NCBI GenBank assembly: GCA_965214095.1
Contig: OZ243938.1
Coordinates: forward strand, 1,440,001-1,504,000
Source: Candidatus Poribacteria bacterium
GTDB taxonomy: Bacteria > Poribacteria > WGA-4E > WGA-3G
Reading direction: 5' to 3'
Length of the DNA stretch: 64,000 nucleotides
The position numbers and the translations under genes were made by a program. Below the pieces are notes generated by a model. The model was not told where the DNA came from, made no database searches, and saw only the letters and a list, made by a program, of their open reading frames with translations. Positions 30,686-41,444 of the stretch are shown here, in pieces; positions within the stretch are counted from its first letter, which is position 1, and every line of letters begins with the position of its first letter.

Positions 30686-30787
30686 TATACACTGAATTCT
30701 ATAATCAATATACACGCTTTACACGGTAGGCGAGGTTTCCTAACCTCGCATAATCAGAATGTCAAAGTTTTTCAATAATCTACCATA
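30686..30787. mobile_element. Degenerate MITE M2 copy with a REP-A (GCGAGG) hairpin
   Basis: GTAGGCGAGGTTTCCTAACCTCGC and an AATCTACCATA end. Confidence 0.6.
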
Positions 30788-30836
30788 ATATACAATTCTA
30801 AATTTTATATAAAAAACACAAAAAGGAAAAAATCGT

Positions 30837-32375
30837 ATGCTTGCAACTGTCCTAAGCAGTGCAGTACTTGGAATAGATGCATATATCGTTAAAGTTGAAG
30901 TAGATGTCACTGATGGTCTCCCTGTCTTCAGCACAGTAGGTTTACCAGATAGTGCCATAAAAGAGAGTCGTGATCGCGTTACAGCCGCTATAAAAAACTC
31001 CGGTTTTTACTTCCCACCGAGTAGAATTACAGCAAACTTAGCACCAGCACACATTCGCAAAGCAGGTTCCGCTTTTGATCTCCCCATTGCCATCGGTGTA
31101 ATGGCAGCAACGAATCAGGTTGATCCGATGAACCTTGAAAGTACAATGATTTTGGGTGAACTTTCTCTTGATGGCAACATTCGTAATATACAAGGAGGAC
31201 TCCCTATTGCTATAGCAGCAAAACACAACGGAGTGGAGAATCTTATCCTACCAGCTGAAAACGCCAAAGAGGCAGCGATTGTTGAAGGATTAAAAGTTTA
31301 TCCTGTCGAAAGTCTTACTGAAGCAGTCACATTCCTAAACGCTGTTAACGATATCTCTCCAGTACCGCCAACACTTAACACTACATTAGAAAAAACAGAC
31401 ACGAAATCCTATCTTGACTTAATAGATGTAAAAGGACAGGAACATGTAAAACGTGCAGTAGAAGTGGCTGCTGCCGGTGGACATAACATTATCATGATTG
31501 GACCACCAGGTTCCGGTAAAACGATGATTGCAAAACGTATCCCATCAATCTTACCGGAGTTATCTGTAGATGAATCGTTGGAAACAACAAAGATACAGAG
31601 CATCATCGGAGTTTTACCGAGTGATACACCGCTGGTAACAGTCCGTCCATTTCGATCACCACATCATACGATTTCAGATGCAGGTCTAATCGGTGGTGGG
31701 AATATACCACGTCCCGGTGAGGTAAGTCTCTCACATAACGGTGTGCTGTTCCTTGACGAACTCCCCGAATTTCGCAGGAACGTCCTTGAAGTCATGCGGC
31801 AACCTTTAGAAGACGGTTATGTGACGATTTCTCGTGCTGCTGCATCACTTACGTATCCAGCGAATTTTATGTTGGTGGCAGCAATGAATCCCTGTCCGTG
31901 TGGTTTCTTCAGCGACCCAAATAGAGAATGCAAATGTTCTCCTAAACAAATTCAAACGTATGTCTCTCGTATTTCTGGTCCGCTGTTGGATAGAATAGAC
32001 ATACAAGTTGAAGTGCCTGCAGTGAAATATGCCGAACTTTCCGCAGATGTGACAGGTGAACAGTCAGATGTGGTGCGTGAACGGGTTGAAGCAGCGCGCC
32101 GCGTTCAACATCAACGTTTTGACGGCACTACGATACACGCAAACGCAAATATGGAATCTAAACAGATACGAGAATATTGCAAAATAGAAACGCAAGCACA
32201 AGACCTGCTTCGTGTTGCCATCAATCAGTTAGGATTGAGTGCCCGAGCTTACGACCGTATTTTGAAGGTTTCCCGCACCATCGCCGATCTTGATGATAAC
32301 CCGAGTATTGAAGCAGTTCACGTTTCTGAAGCAATACAATATCGGAGTTTAGATAGAAGTTTCTGGAAAAAATAA
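30837..32375 (+). CDS. comM: YifB/ComM Mg-chelatase-like AAA+ ATPase
   Basis: [37 protein letters not shown] and [10 protein letters not shown] motifs. Confidence 0.95.
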   Translation: MLATVLSSAVLGIDAYIVKVEVDVTDGLPVFSTVGLPDSAIKESRDRVTAAIKNSGFYFPPSRITANLAPAHIRKAGSAFDLPIAIGVMAATNQVDPMNLESTMILGELSLDGNIRNIQGGLPIAIAAKHNGVENLILPAENAKEAAIVEGLKVYPVESLTEAVTFLNAVNDISPVPPTLNTTLEKTDTKSYLDLIDVKGQEHVKRAVEVAAAGGHNIIMIGPPGSGKTMIAKRIPSILPELSVDESLETTKIQSIIGVLPSDTPLVTVRPFRSPHHTISDAGLIGGGNIPRPGEVSLSHNGVLFLDELPEFRRNVLEVMRQPLEDGYVTISRAAASLTYPANFMLVAAMNPCPCGFFSDPNRECKCSPKQIQTYVSRISGPLLDRIDIQVEVPAVKYAELSADVTGEQSDVVRERVEAARRVQHQRFDGTTIHANANMESKQIREYCKIETQAQDLLRVAINQLGLSARAYDRILKVSRTIADLDDNPSIEAVHVSEAIQYRSLDRSFWKK

Positions 32376-32459
32376 TAAAATTCAGATATGATAGCATGCA
32401 CGCTTCTCTGTGTCGTAATCAATTTGAAAGTGTCGATAATCCAAGAATGAGGAGGACAA

Positions 32460-33815
32460 ATGCAACCCAATTTTATCATTTTCCTAACCGACGACCAAGG
32501 TTACGGTGACCTTTCCTGTATGGGTGCCACAGATTTCAAAACGCCACATCTGGATAGAATGGCAGCTGAAGGCATCCAATTCTCAGATTGGTACTCCAAC
32601 TCACCGGTATGCTCACCTTCACGGGCTGCGTTATTAACTGGACGGTATCCGTGCCATGCGGGTGTGCGATCAATTTTAGCCGGACATCGCACCGCTACAG
32701 GATTGCCACCTTCCGTGCCAACGATTGCAACCGCACTGAAAGAACTCGGTTATTACTCCGCAATGTCAGGGAAATGGCATCTTGGACTCGCAGAGGGGTC
32801 ACGACCTGAAGATCACGGATTTGACGATTGGTTCGGTTTTATGGCCGGATGCATTGACTTCTATTCTCATATCTTTTATTGGGCATTAGGACGACCCGAC
32901 TTTGACCAAACACATGACCTGTGGGAAAACGGTGAAGAAATATACCGAAACGGTGAATACTTCACGGAGTTGATAACGGAATACGCGATAAAATATATAC
33001 GAAAATCCCTTGACCTCGGTAAACCATTTTTCCTATATGTGCCATACAATGCACCCCACTATCCGATGCATGCACCGCAGGAATATGTCGATAGGTTCCC
33101 AGATCTTCCGTGGGATAGACAGATTATGGCTGCAATGTTAAGTGCCGTTGATGACAGTGTCGGTGCAATTTTTGCTGAATTGGAACGGCAAGGAATCGCT
33201 GAAAATACCTTCTCTTACTTTCAAAGTGACAACGGTCCTTCGCGTGAAACACGAAATTGGTTAGATGGAACGCAAGACCCGTATTACGGCGGCAGTGCAG
33301 GTAAACTCAAAGGACATAAATTCAGTTTATATGAAGGAGGTATCCGTTCACCCGGGATTATGAAATGGCCTAAAGAAATTCCACCTGGAAACGTACTAAG
33401 TCACCCAAATCTATATGGTGCAGCAATGGATGTTTTTCCGACTTTTCTATCGGCAGCTGATGGAGATCTAACCAAATATGAACTGGATGGACTCAATCAA
33501 TTACCAGTGGTATGTGACGGTGGGTTTACACCGCATACTGATATTTTCTGGGAAATGGGGAAACAGACTGCTATGCGTCGGGATAAGTGGAAATTAGTGC
33601 TCAATGGTCAATTGGTGGAAGGTGCACCTCCCGAAGATGATGTACACCTCGCAAACCTTGAGACAGACATGGGAGAAACGACTAATTTGAAAGACGAATA
33701 TCCTGAAATCACTGCTGAGTTAACAGAAGCGGCGCAAACATGGCGACAAGATATTGAAGATTATTGGGAAACACATAAGGAAGAACGGAACGGGACAACT
33801 GGATATGTTAAATAA
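32460..33815 (+). CDS. Cys-type sulfatase
   Basis: TDDQGYGD, CSPSRAALLTGR, GKWHLG and SDNG motifs. Confidence 0.95.
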   Translation: MQPNFIIFLTDDQGYGDLSCMGATDFKTPHLDRMAAEGIQFSDWYSNSPVCSPSRAALLTGRYPCHAGVRSILAGHRTATGLPPSVPTIATALKELGYYSAMSGKWHLGLAEGSRPEDHGFDDWFGFMAGCIDFYSHIFYWALGRPDFDQTHDLWENGEEIYRNGEYFTELITEYAIKYIRKSLDLGKPFFLYVPYNAPHYPMHAPQEYVDRFPDLPWDRQIMAAMLSAVDDSVGAIFAELERQGIAENTFSYFQSDNGPSRETRNWLDGTQDPYYGGSAGKLKGHKFSLYEGGIRSPGIMKWPKEIPPGNVLSHPNLYGAAMDVFPTFLSAADGDLTKYELDGLNQLPVVCDGGFTPHTDIFWEMGKQTAMRRDKWKLVLNGQLVEGAPPEDDVHLANLETDMGETTNLKDEYPEITAELTEAAQTWRQDIEDYWETHKEERNGTTGYVK

Positions 33816-33965
33816 CCTAAGTTGCTACCTACAAGATTTTAGACCTACGGATACCGTATTATTAATAATAGGGCATTATTCTCCAAATTTTGTAGCGTAA
33901 ACTGCCAGTTTGCGCATTCATAGGCACAATCTAACAGATTGTACTACAAGGTGGCAACTTGGGTT
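33814..33965. mobile_element. MITE M4 (AACCTAAGTTGCTACCT/AGGTGGCAACTTGGGTT) with REP-D-type hairpins; AAAT flanks
   Basis: 15/17 TIR; AAAT on both sides; GTAG hairpin at 33892 and an inverted variant ~33924-33947. Confidence 0.7.
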
Positions 33966-34021
33966 AAATAGTATTACCGTGAGAGATTTTGATTTCAAAT
34001 TCTGTAACAATGAGATAATTT

Positions 34022-34915
34022 ATGACACCCTTTAAGTTCGCTTTTATCACAGACACACATCTTTATCCAGATGCACCACAAAATTTTGCTGGTGGATTGC
34101 AACAGCAAGAAAAAAGTTACGCATTATACGAAAAATTGATTGAACAACTCAATGCTTTTGATCCCGCATTTGTAGTGCATGGCGGAGATATTGTTTGCGG
34201 AGGACAAAGTTTTGATATGTCGGCAGAGGAATATGTTGTAGCCTTAAATATAGCGCAATCGCTTGGTGAAAAACTAAATATGCCGTGTTATTATATCCCA
34301 GGGAACCATGATCTAAATCCTGAAACCGGCACCAAGGACATGTATATAGAACGATTCGGCATTAACGGCATGGGATCCGTGAGTTTCGTCAAGGAAAATA
34401 TACGATTTATTTTGATGGATGCACAAGAAGTGCATGAAGATATGACCCACGGATATGTCAGTACGAATCAACTTGCATGGGTGGAACGTGAGATGAAAAA
34501 AGCTGCGGATTACGAAGAGGATATAATCTTTTTTACGCACCAGCTGCCTTTTCCAAATGTGGAATTTCAAGGACTTGGTTCAAGAATAGCAAATTCCGCA
34601 GAGATACTTGAAATCGTTGCACCATTTGAAAAACAGATTATAGGTTTCTTTTGTGGACATCTACACCTTAACCGTGTCTTTAGAGAACAAGGCTTATTGT
34701 GCATCGTCTCATCGGGAATTATATGCTATCCAATGATGTGGCGGCAAGTTCATGTTTATCCTGACAGAATCGAGGTAAAGTCCGTTCCTGTTGACCTACC
34801 AGAAGTCCTTGCCGAATCTGAAGCTGTTAATCCAGACAATAATCCGTATCTGTCTGGCCGTCCAAGAGATCAAGAATTTACTATCCAACGGCATACTGAA
34901 GGAGTCAATAGTTAA
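34022..34915 (+). CDS. Calcineurin-like metallophosphoesterase
   Basis: DTH, GD, GNHD, H and GHLH motifs. Confidence 0.92.
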   Translation: MTPFKFAFITDTHLYPDAPQNFAGGLQQQEKSYALYEKLIEQLNAFDPAFVVHGGDIVCGGQSFDMSAEEYVVALNIAQSLGEKLNMPCYYIPGNHDLNPETGTKDMYIERFGINGMGSVSFVKENIRFILMDAQEVHEDMTHGYVSTNQLAWVEREMKKAADYEEDIIFFTHQLPFPNVEFQGLGSRIANSAEILEIVAPFEKQIIGFFCGHLHLNRVFREQGLLCIVSSGIICYPMMWRQVHVYPDRIEVKSVPVDLPEVLAESEAVNPDNNPYLSGRPRDQEFTIQRHTEGVNS

Positions 34916-34977
34916 TGGGTATACGAGCAAATCTATAGTCGGTTCTTACATTTTGGAAATGAAAGGATCTTAAGATA

Positions 34978-35487
34978 ATGTCGAAAATCGCACAAATTCT
35001 CCTTGGTGGTATTGCTAATAAACTCGTAGGAAAACTTACGGATCAACTTTTAGATCCTCCCATCAAAAGTCGGACACCACGAAAGAAATCAAGCAAAACA
35101 CCGCGTTCCAAGAAGTCTTCACATTTAGACAAACAACTTGACGAATTAGCAAAAGCTTTTATCACAGATAAAACTACAAAAAAGAAAGTAATTCGTAAAG
35201 TTGATCCACCTACCTTACCGCAGAATAACGAATATTGGGCAGAACTCTCAAACTGGTATCGTAAGCAACGTGGTTGGACATGTGAGACGTGTAATCTCAA
35301 TCTGAAAAAGGATAAGAGATTCCTTGATACACACCACATATTAGGCAGAGGCTATAACAGTCCAGAACATTTGAAAGCACTTTGTGTTGGCTGTCATGCC
35401 GAACAAAAAACACCGAGTGACCACAGCTTCATGAAAAATGATGAAAGATATAGGAAATTTGTGAGAGCATATAGAAAAAGGAGATAA
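34978..35487 (+). CDS. HNH endonuclease-domain protein
   Basis: CETC...DTHH...HLKALCVGCH. Confidence 0.75.
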   Translation: MSKIAQILLGGIANKLVGKLTDQLLDPPIKSRTPRKKSSKTPRSKKSSHLDKQLDELAKAFITDKTTKKKVIRKVDPPTLPQNNEYWAELSNWYRKQRGWTCETCNLNLKKDKRFLDTHHILGRGYNSPEHLKALCVGCHAEQKTPSDHSFMKNDERYRKFVRAYRKRR

Positions 35488-35523
35488 TGTGAAAAAACTC
35501 TGGATTCCTCAAGTAATTTTATA

Positions 35524-35568
35524 ACTGACTACTGATTACTGACTACTGACTACTGACAACCGACAACT
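35524..35568. repeat. Heptamer tandem repeat (ACTGACT-like, ~6 units)
   Basis: actgact actgatt actgact actgact actgaca accgaca. Confidence 0.85.
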
Positions 35569-35579
35569 AAAAACCAAAG

Positions 35580-36554
35580 ATGATTGAAGTACAAGATCTC
35601 TCAAAAAACTACGGACCTTTTCAAGCACTAACGGATATATCATTCAGTGTTGACAAAGGACAAATTGTAGGATTTCTTGGTCCCAACGGTGCTGGAAAAA
35701 CCACTACAATGCGGATCCTAACCTGCTTTATGCCAGCAAGTCGCGGAAAGGTAACCGTGGCAGGATTTGATGTATTCAAAGAATCGCGCGAGGTGCGAAA
35801 ACGTATTGGATACCTACCCGAAAATATACCGCTTTATACAGAGATGACCGTCACCAAGTATCTCACCTATATGGGAAAAATCCGAAACGTTCCGCGCAAA
35901 CACATGAAAGAACGGTTGGACATTGTGATTGAATCCTGCGGTCTAAGCGAAAGACGTAATCAGATTATTGGACAACTCTCACGCGGTTTCCGGCAACGCG
36001 TCGGATTAGCACAAGCACTCGTTCACGACCCCGAAGTGCTTATACTTGACGAACCCACATCCGGTCTAGACCCACGCCAAATCGTAGAAATACGAGATTT
36101 GATCAAAGAACTGGGGAAAGAACGTACTATTCTTTTCAGCACACACATCCTCCCTGAAGCAAGAATGACCTGTGAACGGCTATTGATTATTAGTAAAGGT
36201 AAAATCACTGGTGACCTTAAAATATCCAATGGAAGTGCTGTTTCAAACCTTACTTCGAATACAGATGAAAGCGAGACACCTCAACAGATGCTCACACTCG
36301 TTGTGTCCGGTGGACAACCTGATATAATAAAGGAAACGCTTGAACGTATTCCAGATATTATTGCCGTAGAACAGACACCGACAAATGTTGAAGAAACACT
36401 GTCCTTCCATATCCAATACACTTACACAAATGATATACGATCAAAAGTCGCGAAAACAATCGTTGATCAGGGATGGAACTTGCTTGAAATGCGTTCTGAT
36501 GAGATGAGTTTAGAGGAATTATTCCTATCCTTAACTGCGGAAATTGTTGAGTAG
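35580..36554 (+). CDS. ABC-2/GldA-like ABC transporter ATP-binding protein
   Basis: GPNGAGKTT, LSRGFRQR, LILDEPTSGLDP and STH motifs. Confidence 0.93.
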   Translation: MIEVQDLSKNYGPFQALTDISFSVDKGQIVGFLGPNGAGKTTTMRILTCFMPASRGKVTVAGFDVFKESREVRKRIGYLPENIPLYTEMTVTKYLTYMGKIRNVPRKHMKERLDIVIESCGLSERRNQIIGQLSRGFRQRVGLAQALVHDPEVLILDEPTSGLDPRQIVEIRDLIKELGKERTILFSTHILPEARMTCERLLIISKGKITGDLKISNGSAVSNLTSNTDESETPQQMLTLVVSGGQPDIIKETLERIPDIIAVEQTPTNVEETLSFHIQYTYTNDIRSKVAKTIVDQGWNLLEMRSDEMSLEELFLSLTAEIVE

Positions 36555-36599
36555 AGAACGCATTCATCTACATACGAACATTACGCTAATTTAGGCAAT

Positions 36600-36702
36600 T
36601 ATAGTGAATTATAAATATAAGTTGACACTTTCGTCCCACGGTAGGCGAGGTTTCCTAACCTCGCCGATGCAGAGTATTCAAGTAATTTCAAAATCTACTA
36701 TA
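36600..36702. mobile_element. 103-bp MITE M2 (TATAGTG...CTACTATA) with a single REP-A hairpin
   Basis: Near-identical to 41317-41419 and 61788-61890. Confidence 0.85.
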
Positions 36703-37033
36703 CCAAAACAATGATGTGTGAAGATTTTGTACAAATACATTAGCATCAATTTAAGGAGAATTACGCGTTATTCCCGTGACGGTAGGTTCGGTTTCCTAAC
36801 CGAACCAGATCTTCCGCTGCCTCTTATCGTAGTGAGATGTAAGTGCAAAAAACTTGACACAACCCTAAATAATATCAACTTGACATTGGGCAAAATGCAT
36901 GTTAAAATTACATCAATAGACTACACAAATAAAAATATTGAACCTTTTTTGATTAAATCAGTCAAACATATTAAATAGCATAGTCTGAATGTAAAATAAT
37001 GCGTCTCTTGCACGATGGAATAAGGAGAAGAAT

Positions 37034-37795
37034 GTGAAGTTATCGAAAATCCTGATTATTTTAGGGATAGGGTGTGTCGCTGGTTTACTACTTGTATATG
37101 GGGTGAAGCTGCAAGCACAAAATCGTCCTGATCGAGATGCTCTCATAGCGAAAATGGGTGAGATGAACCCAGACATGACATCTCGGATGGCACAATTCCG
37201 TAACCGGCAACAAGGTTCTAATAGAGGATCTCAAAACCCTTCAAATAAGGAAGAATCTAAAGAGAACACAGATTATTATCGGACAATCGTTGACAATAAT
37301 ATCTTCCGACCGCTGGGTTGGAGACCACCTAACAAAGAACCCGAATATACGTTCGTTGGAACCTCTGTTAATGAAAATGGTGCAAAGTTAGATGCTTACG
37401 TGAATGAACGACGTTCAGGTAAATTTTATATGGTTACTATCGGGGATAAAGTCGGTGATGCAGTCGTAAAGGAAATCAGTGAGAAAGAGATTATCTTGGA
37501 TAAAAATGGTGAATCCATTAAACTCCGAGGTGGAAACATGTCGTTCCTCAAAGCAAGCGGTTCAAATCGGAGTTCCTCAAGATCTGATGACCGTGACGAG
37601 AATAACAATAATGACTCTTCCAAATCTCGTGATAGAGAAGCTGAAGCGAAAGCAAAGGCTGAAGCGAGAATGAAAGCTGAGATGGAGAAAAGGCAACAAG
37701 AAATGCGTAGGAGATTTGAAAGTGTATCACGCGAACAAAGAGACCGTATGATACGGGCGTTCCGTGAACGCGGTGGTTCCAGAAGAGGACGTTAA
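37034..37795 (+). CDS. Exported or membrane-anchored protein with a GspC/PilP-like beta domain
   Basis: N-terminal hydrophobic segment; NIFRP...FVGTSV...IGDKVGDAVVKEISEKEIIL; charged tail. Confidence 0.5.
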   Translation: MKLSKILIILGIGCVAGLLLVYGVKLQAQNRPDRDALIAKMGEMNPDMTSRMAQFRNRQQGSNRGSQNPSNKEESKENTDYYRTIVDNNIFRPLGWRPPNKEPEYTFVGTSVNENGAKLDAYVNERRSGKFYMVTIGDKVGDAVVKEISEKEIILDKNGESIKLRGGNMSFLKASGSNRSSSRSDDRDENNNNDSSKSRDREAEAKAKAEARMKAEMEKRQQEMRRRFESVSREQRDRMIRAFRERGGSRRGR

Positions 37796-37837
37796 GGAGA
37801 TCGTTAGTTCAAATTGATTGATCTTATTATTAGTGGA

Positions 37838-37892
37838 AAACACAACAAAACCCCTAATGACCAGAAAAGTCATTAGGGGTTTTGTTGTGTTT
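37838..37892. terminator. Bidirectional terminator-like hairpin
   Basis: Perfect 24-bp stem with 7-nt loop between convergent genes. Confidence 0.8.
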
Positions 37893-37907
37893 ATGAGTTT
37901 TCAAAAA

Positions 37908-38726
37908 CTACGCAACGTGCGGGACATTCTCTGGCATATTTTCAAGACGAGATAACCAATAACCCACATCGTAGGATTCATCTCCGATGAGAAAACGCCA
38001 TAACTTAATCCGATTTACAATTTCAAGTCGGACATCGTTACCATACCATCTATGGTTCCGACTAAGAATACCTCGAATTCCACCTGTATCCATGTCATCC
38101 GTGTTCCATAACTTGAGTTGGCGCACAGTCGGATTGAGACGCAACTTGAACATATAACGTGTGTCTTCAGTCAAGTTCGGTTGTGCGCAGTGCCACATTC
38201 CGTGATGCACGACGACAAGTGTGCCTGCGTTACAAACTATCGGATGTTGTCCGAGGAAGTTCTGATAACGTGCAACATCGGTTTCACAGACACGTCTGAA
38301 GTGGCTCCCAGGTAGAATCATTGTGCCACCCATTTCTCGTGGTGTATCGTGGGAGAAATAGAAAAACTGAATGTCAAAATGCATCCGTATGTCAATGATT
38401 GCATCTGCATGCCAAATTTGCCCATGTTCACTTTGTGGACGCACAATATGAACCGCATGATGGTCATACAACGGATTCTCACCAACGAGACTCTCGACAA
38501 TTCCTTGAACTTTGGGTAAACGGAAAACCTTGCCAACAGCGGACTCATCATGCCAGACATTATCTAAGACAGTGCCACCGCCACCGCGAACTGACATACC
38601 TGATGCCATCTCTTCATGAGCGGCTTTGTTTAATTCATCGGGAATAAAATCATCAAAGCGAAGGTAGCCATCGGCTACGAAACTCGCCATCTGTTCTGTG
38701 GTTAGGAGATGCTGTTTATCAACCAT
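37908..38726 (-). CDS. PhyH-family dioxygenase
   Basis: WHAD, GGTMILPGSH and MWHC motifs. Confidence 0.88.
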   Translation of the reverse strand: MVDKQHLLTTEQMASFVADGYLRFDDFIPDELNKAAHEEMASGMSVRGGGGTVLDNVWHDESAVGKVFRLPKVQGIVESLVGENPLYDHHAVHIVRPQSEHGQIWHADAIIDIRMHFDIQFFYFSHDTPREMGGTMILPGSHFRRVCETDVARYQNFLGQHPIVCNAGTLVVVHHGMWHCAQPNLTEDTRYMFKLRLNPTVRQLKLWNTDDMDTGGIRGILSRNHRWYGNDVRLEIVNRIKLWRFLIGDESYDVGYWLSRLENMPENVPHVA

Positions 38727-39001
38727 TAGATTTCCTCCAACTTCTCTAAGATATATTCAAATCTTAGATACGAAGTGTTATACTCCATCCCAGGATATGC
38801 AGGAAACTGTTGTGGAAACTGAATAACCCGCCAACCATCTTGCATTGCTTCAACAACTGAGTTGTAGGGAGGAGTTTCACTATCACCAGTGGTGTAGCGT
38901 TTTTGACCAGTGCCATCATACATTGCCCATGCAACGACGTGACTGTTTAGGTCTGGTGTATGTAAATGTAAAACCAGAAGCTGCTGTCTTAATTCAGCCA
39001 T
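38726..39001 (-). CDS. Small hypothetical protein translationally coupled to the PhyH gene
   Basis: Stop/start overlap at 38726; PPY.SV..AM.DGWRVIQFP. Confidence 0.7.
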   Translation of the reverse strand: MAELRQQLLVLHLHTPDLNSHVVAWAMYDGTGQKRYTTGDSETPPYNSVVEAMQDGWRVIQFPQQFPAYPGMEYNTSYLRFEYILEKLEEI

Positions 39002-39103
39002 ATAAAAGGTACGCCTTCCATGTAATGTTTTCTATGTTCACATTATTCTAAATATACCAACTAAGGCAAGTTTTTAGATTTCGTAAATCTGATTATTATA
39101 TTA

Positions 39104-40396
39104 TTAGATAACCGTATCCGGTGGAATCGCTGCGTCCTTCGGTACAATTACTATTCCATCACGAATATAATAGTTATCCGAATCAAAATTGTCAAGGTTT
39201 TTTGTGTTTGCTATGACAGCATTATCACCAATTCTCGCATTTTTGTCAATAATTGCATTCTGTATTAAGCATTTTTCGCCAATACCTACATTCGGTCTGC
39301 CCGACTTTTCGTTTTCTGACTTAAGCGCATCCGACTCATAGAAATCAGCACCCATCAACACTGATTGATATACACGACTACCACTTGAGATGATACTACG
39401 TATGCCAACGATTGTTCTATCCAGTTCCGAATCATCAATGATAGAGCCTTCAGCGAGAATAGATGAGCGAATACTACTGCTGTTTACTTTTGTGCTTGGT
39501 AAATGCCTTCTGTTTGTATAGATGGGTGCTTGTTCATCGTAAAAATTAAATTCAGGAGATACATCAGTGAGCGCGATATTTGCAGAATAGAAGGAACGGA
39601 TAGTACCGATATCCTCCCAATACCCATCAAAGAAGTATGCAGACACTGTATGGGTCTCTATGCATTTCGGTATTATGTCTCTACCAAAGTCCACATTTGA
39701 ATCGTCTTGAAGCACTTCCTGAAGCACATTCCGATTAAAGATGTAAATACCCATTGAGGCGATATATTCTCTACCTTTGGGTTCAATACCACGCGAAGTA
39801 AATACATTTGGTTCTACCTTCAACTTTTGCAGTTCCTCATCGGTTTGTGGTTTTTCCACAAAATCGGTAATACATCCGCTTGCATCCGCTTGGAGAATAC
39901 CCAATCCACTTGTAACCTCTTTGTCTACAGGGATAACTGAAACTGTAATGTCCGCATCTGTTTCATTGTGAACTGCCAACATCTTCCGATAATCCATACG
40001 ATAGAGATGATCTCCTGCAAGGATCAGCACATGTTCGTCTGCAAAACGTGGGTTGAGAATGTAGGGTTGGTTATGCTTAATCGCATCCGCTGTTCCCTGA
40101 TACCATTCATCACCCTGGAGTGTTTGTTGTGCTGCCAAAATCTGTACGAACCCGCGCCGATAACTATCAAATCGATACGCCTGTGCAATGTGTCTGTTTA
40201 GAGAAACAGAGTTAAACTGTGTCAGGACATAGATACGATCCATCCCCGAATGGAGGCAGTTGCTAATCGGAATATCAACGAGTCTAAATTTTCCCGCAAT
40301 TGGGACACTCGGTTTTGCACGGTCGCGCGTCAAAGGAAAAAGTCGTGCACCGCGACCACCACCAAGTATTACAGCAATAACACTTCCATTATTCAT
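39104..40396 (-). CDS. glgC: Glucose-1-phosphate adenylyltransferase
   Basis: GGGRGARLFPLT..RAKPSVP, WYQGTADA, FVEKP and GYWEDIGT motifs. Confidence 0.96.
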   Translation of the reverse strand: MNNGSVIAVILGGGRGARLFPLTRDRAKPSVPIAGKFRLVDIPISNCLHSGMDRIYVLTQFNSVSLNRHIAQAYRFDSYRRGFVQILAAQQTLQGDEWYQGTADAIKHNQPYILNPRFADEHVLILAGDHLYRMDYRKMLAVHNETDADITVSVIPVDKEVTSGLGILQADASGCITDFVEKPQTDEELQKLKVEPNVFTSRGIEPKGREYIASMGIYIFNRNVLQEVLQDDSNVDFGRDIIPKCIETHTVSAYFFDGYWEDIGTIRSFYSANIALTDVSPEFNFYDEQAPIYTNRRHLPSTKVNSSSIRSSILAEGSIIDDSELDRTIVGIRSIISSGSRVYQSVLMGADFYESDALKSENEKSGRPNVGIGEKCLIQNAIIDKNARIGDNAVIANTKNLDNFDSDNYYIRDGIVIVPKDAAIPPDTVI

Positions 40397-40414
40397 AACT
40401 TCTCCTGTGTTTTC

Positions 40415-41002
40415 TTACAAACTTCCTTTGGTAGAATGCACACCCGTGATACGATTATCCATCTGGGTTGCAATATCTAATGCTTTTGCCACTGCCTTAA
40501 AAATCGCTTCAATAATGTGGTGCTGATTTGTGCCATACGGAACATTGATGTGTAGTGTTGTCCCACTGTTGTTGACAAATCCGTGGAAGAATTCTTCCGC
40601 TAATTCTATATCAAACTCACCGATTTTGCCGAAATCAAGCGGGGTTTCATAGTGGAGATAGGGTCTTCCACAGATATCCAAATCAACTTTTGCAAGGGAT
40701 TCATACATTGGCACAGTGAAGCTGCCGAAACGCCGCATGCCGGCTTTGTCCCCTACAGCCTTTTGAATGGCTTGTCCTAAACAGATACCGACATCTTCTG
40801 TGGTATGATGTGCGTCAACGTGCAAATCACCCTTCGCTTCAATCTCCAGATCAAAGAACCCGTGTTTTGCAAAGAGTTCTAACATGTGATCTAAAAAGCC
40901 GACACTTGTGTTTATTTTAGATGTGCCAGCTCCATCAAGGTTGAGACAAAGATGGATTTGTGTTTCATTGGTTTCGCGTGTAATTTCTGCTGTTCTGTCC
41001 AT
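40415..41002 (-). CDS. hisB: Imidazoleglycerol-phosphate dehydratase
   Basis: [32 protein letters not shown] and STKGSL motifs. Confidence 0.97.
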   Translation of the reverse strand: MDRTAEITRETNETQIHLCLNLDGAGTSKINTSVGFLDHMLELFAKHGFFDLEIEAKGDLHVDAHHTTEDVGICLGQAIQKAVGDKAGMRRFGSFTVPMYESLAKVDLDICGRPYLHYETPLDFGKIGEFDIELAEEFFHGFVNNSGTTLHINVPYGTNQHHIIEAIFKAVAKALDIATQMDNRITGVHSTKGSL

Positions 41003-41041
41003 TTTGTTGCATGTCTCTATTGTGTGATTGAATCAGTCTTA

Positions 41042-41419
41042 TACCATTTCTAAAAAAGAACATACCATTAAAGAAATAGATGGTTCGTAGTCGCGCAATT
41101 CATTGCGCCTCGGACATTCCAACTATGGTGAAATATGAAAATTATTATACACTTTCCTCCCACGGTAGGCGAGGTTTCCTAACCTCGCTAGTGTTGAGAG
41201 TATAAATAATTCTAAAATCTACCATAAAATTGGAATATCATTTATATATCTGGTCTTATGTTGTGGTTACTCAATTATACGTTCAAAAGATGGCATAAGC
41301 AACGGAAAACCTTATTTATAGTGAATTATAAATCTAAGTTGACACTTTCGACCCACGGTAGGCGAGGTTTCCTAACCTCGCCGATGCAGAGTGCTCAAGT
41401 AATTTCAAAATCTACTATA
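41042..41419. repeat. Composite of an M3 left part with REP-C, a divergent M2 (41124-41226) and M2 (41317-41419)
   Basis: TACCATTTCTAA end, GTAGTCGCGCAATTCATTGCGC and two REP-A hairpins. Confidence 0.75.
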
Positions 41420-41444
41420 ACACAGTATTGACAACATCTTCCTG

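Noticed and set aside
36718-36978. ORFs containing GRFGFLTEP or similar (also 5654-5941)
   Set aside because: These are translations of REP-A hairpins with no independent coding evidence.
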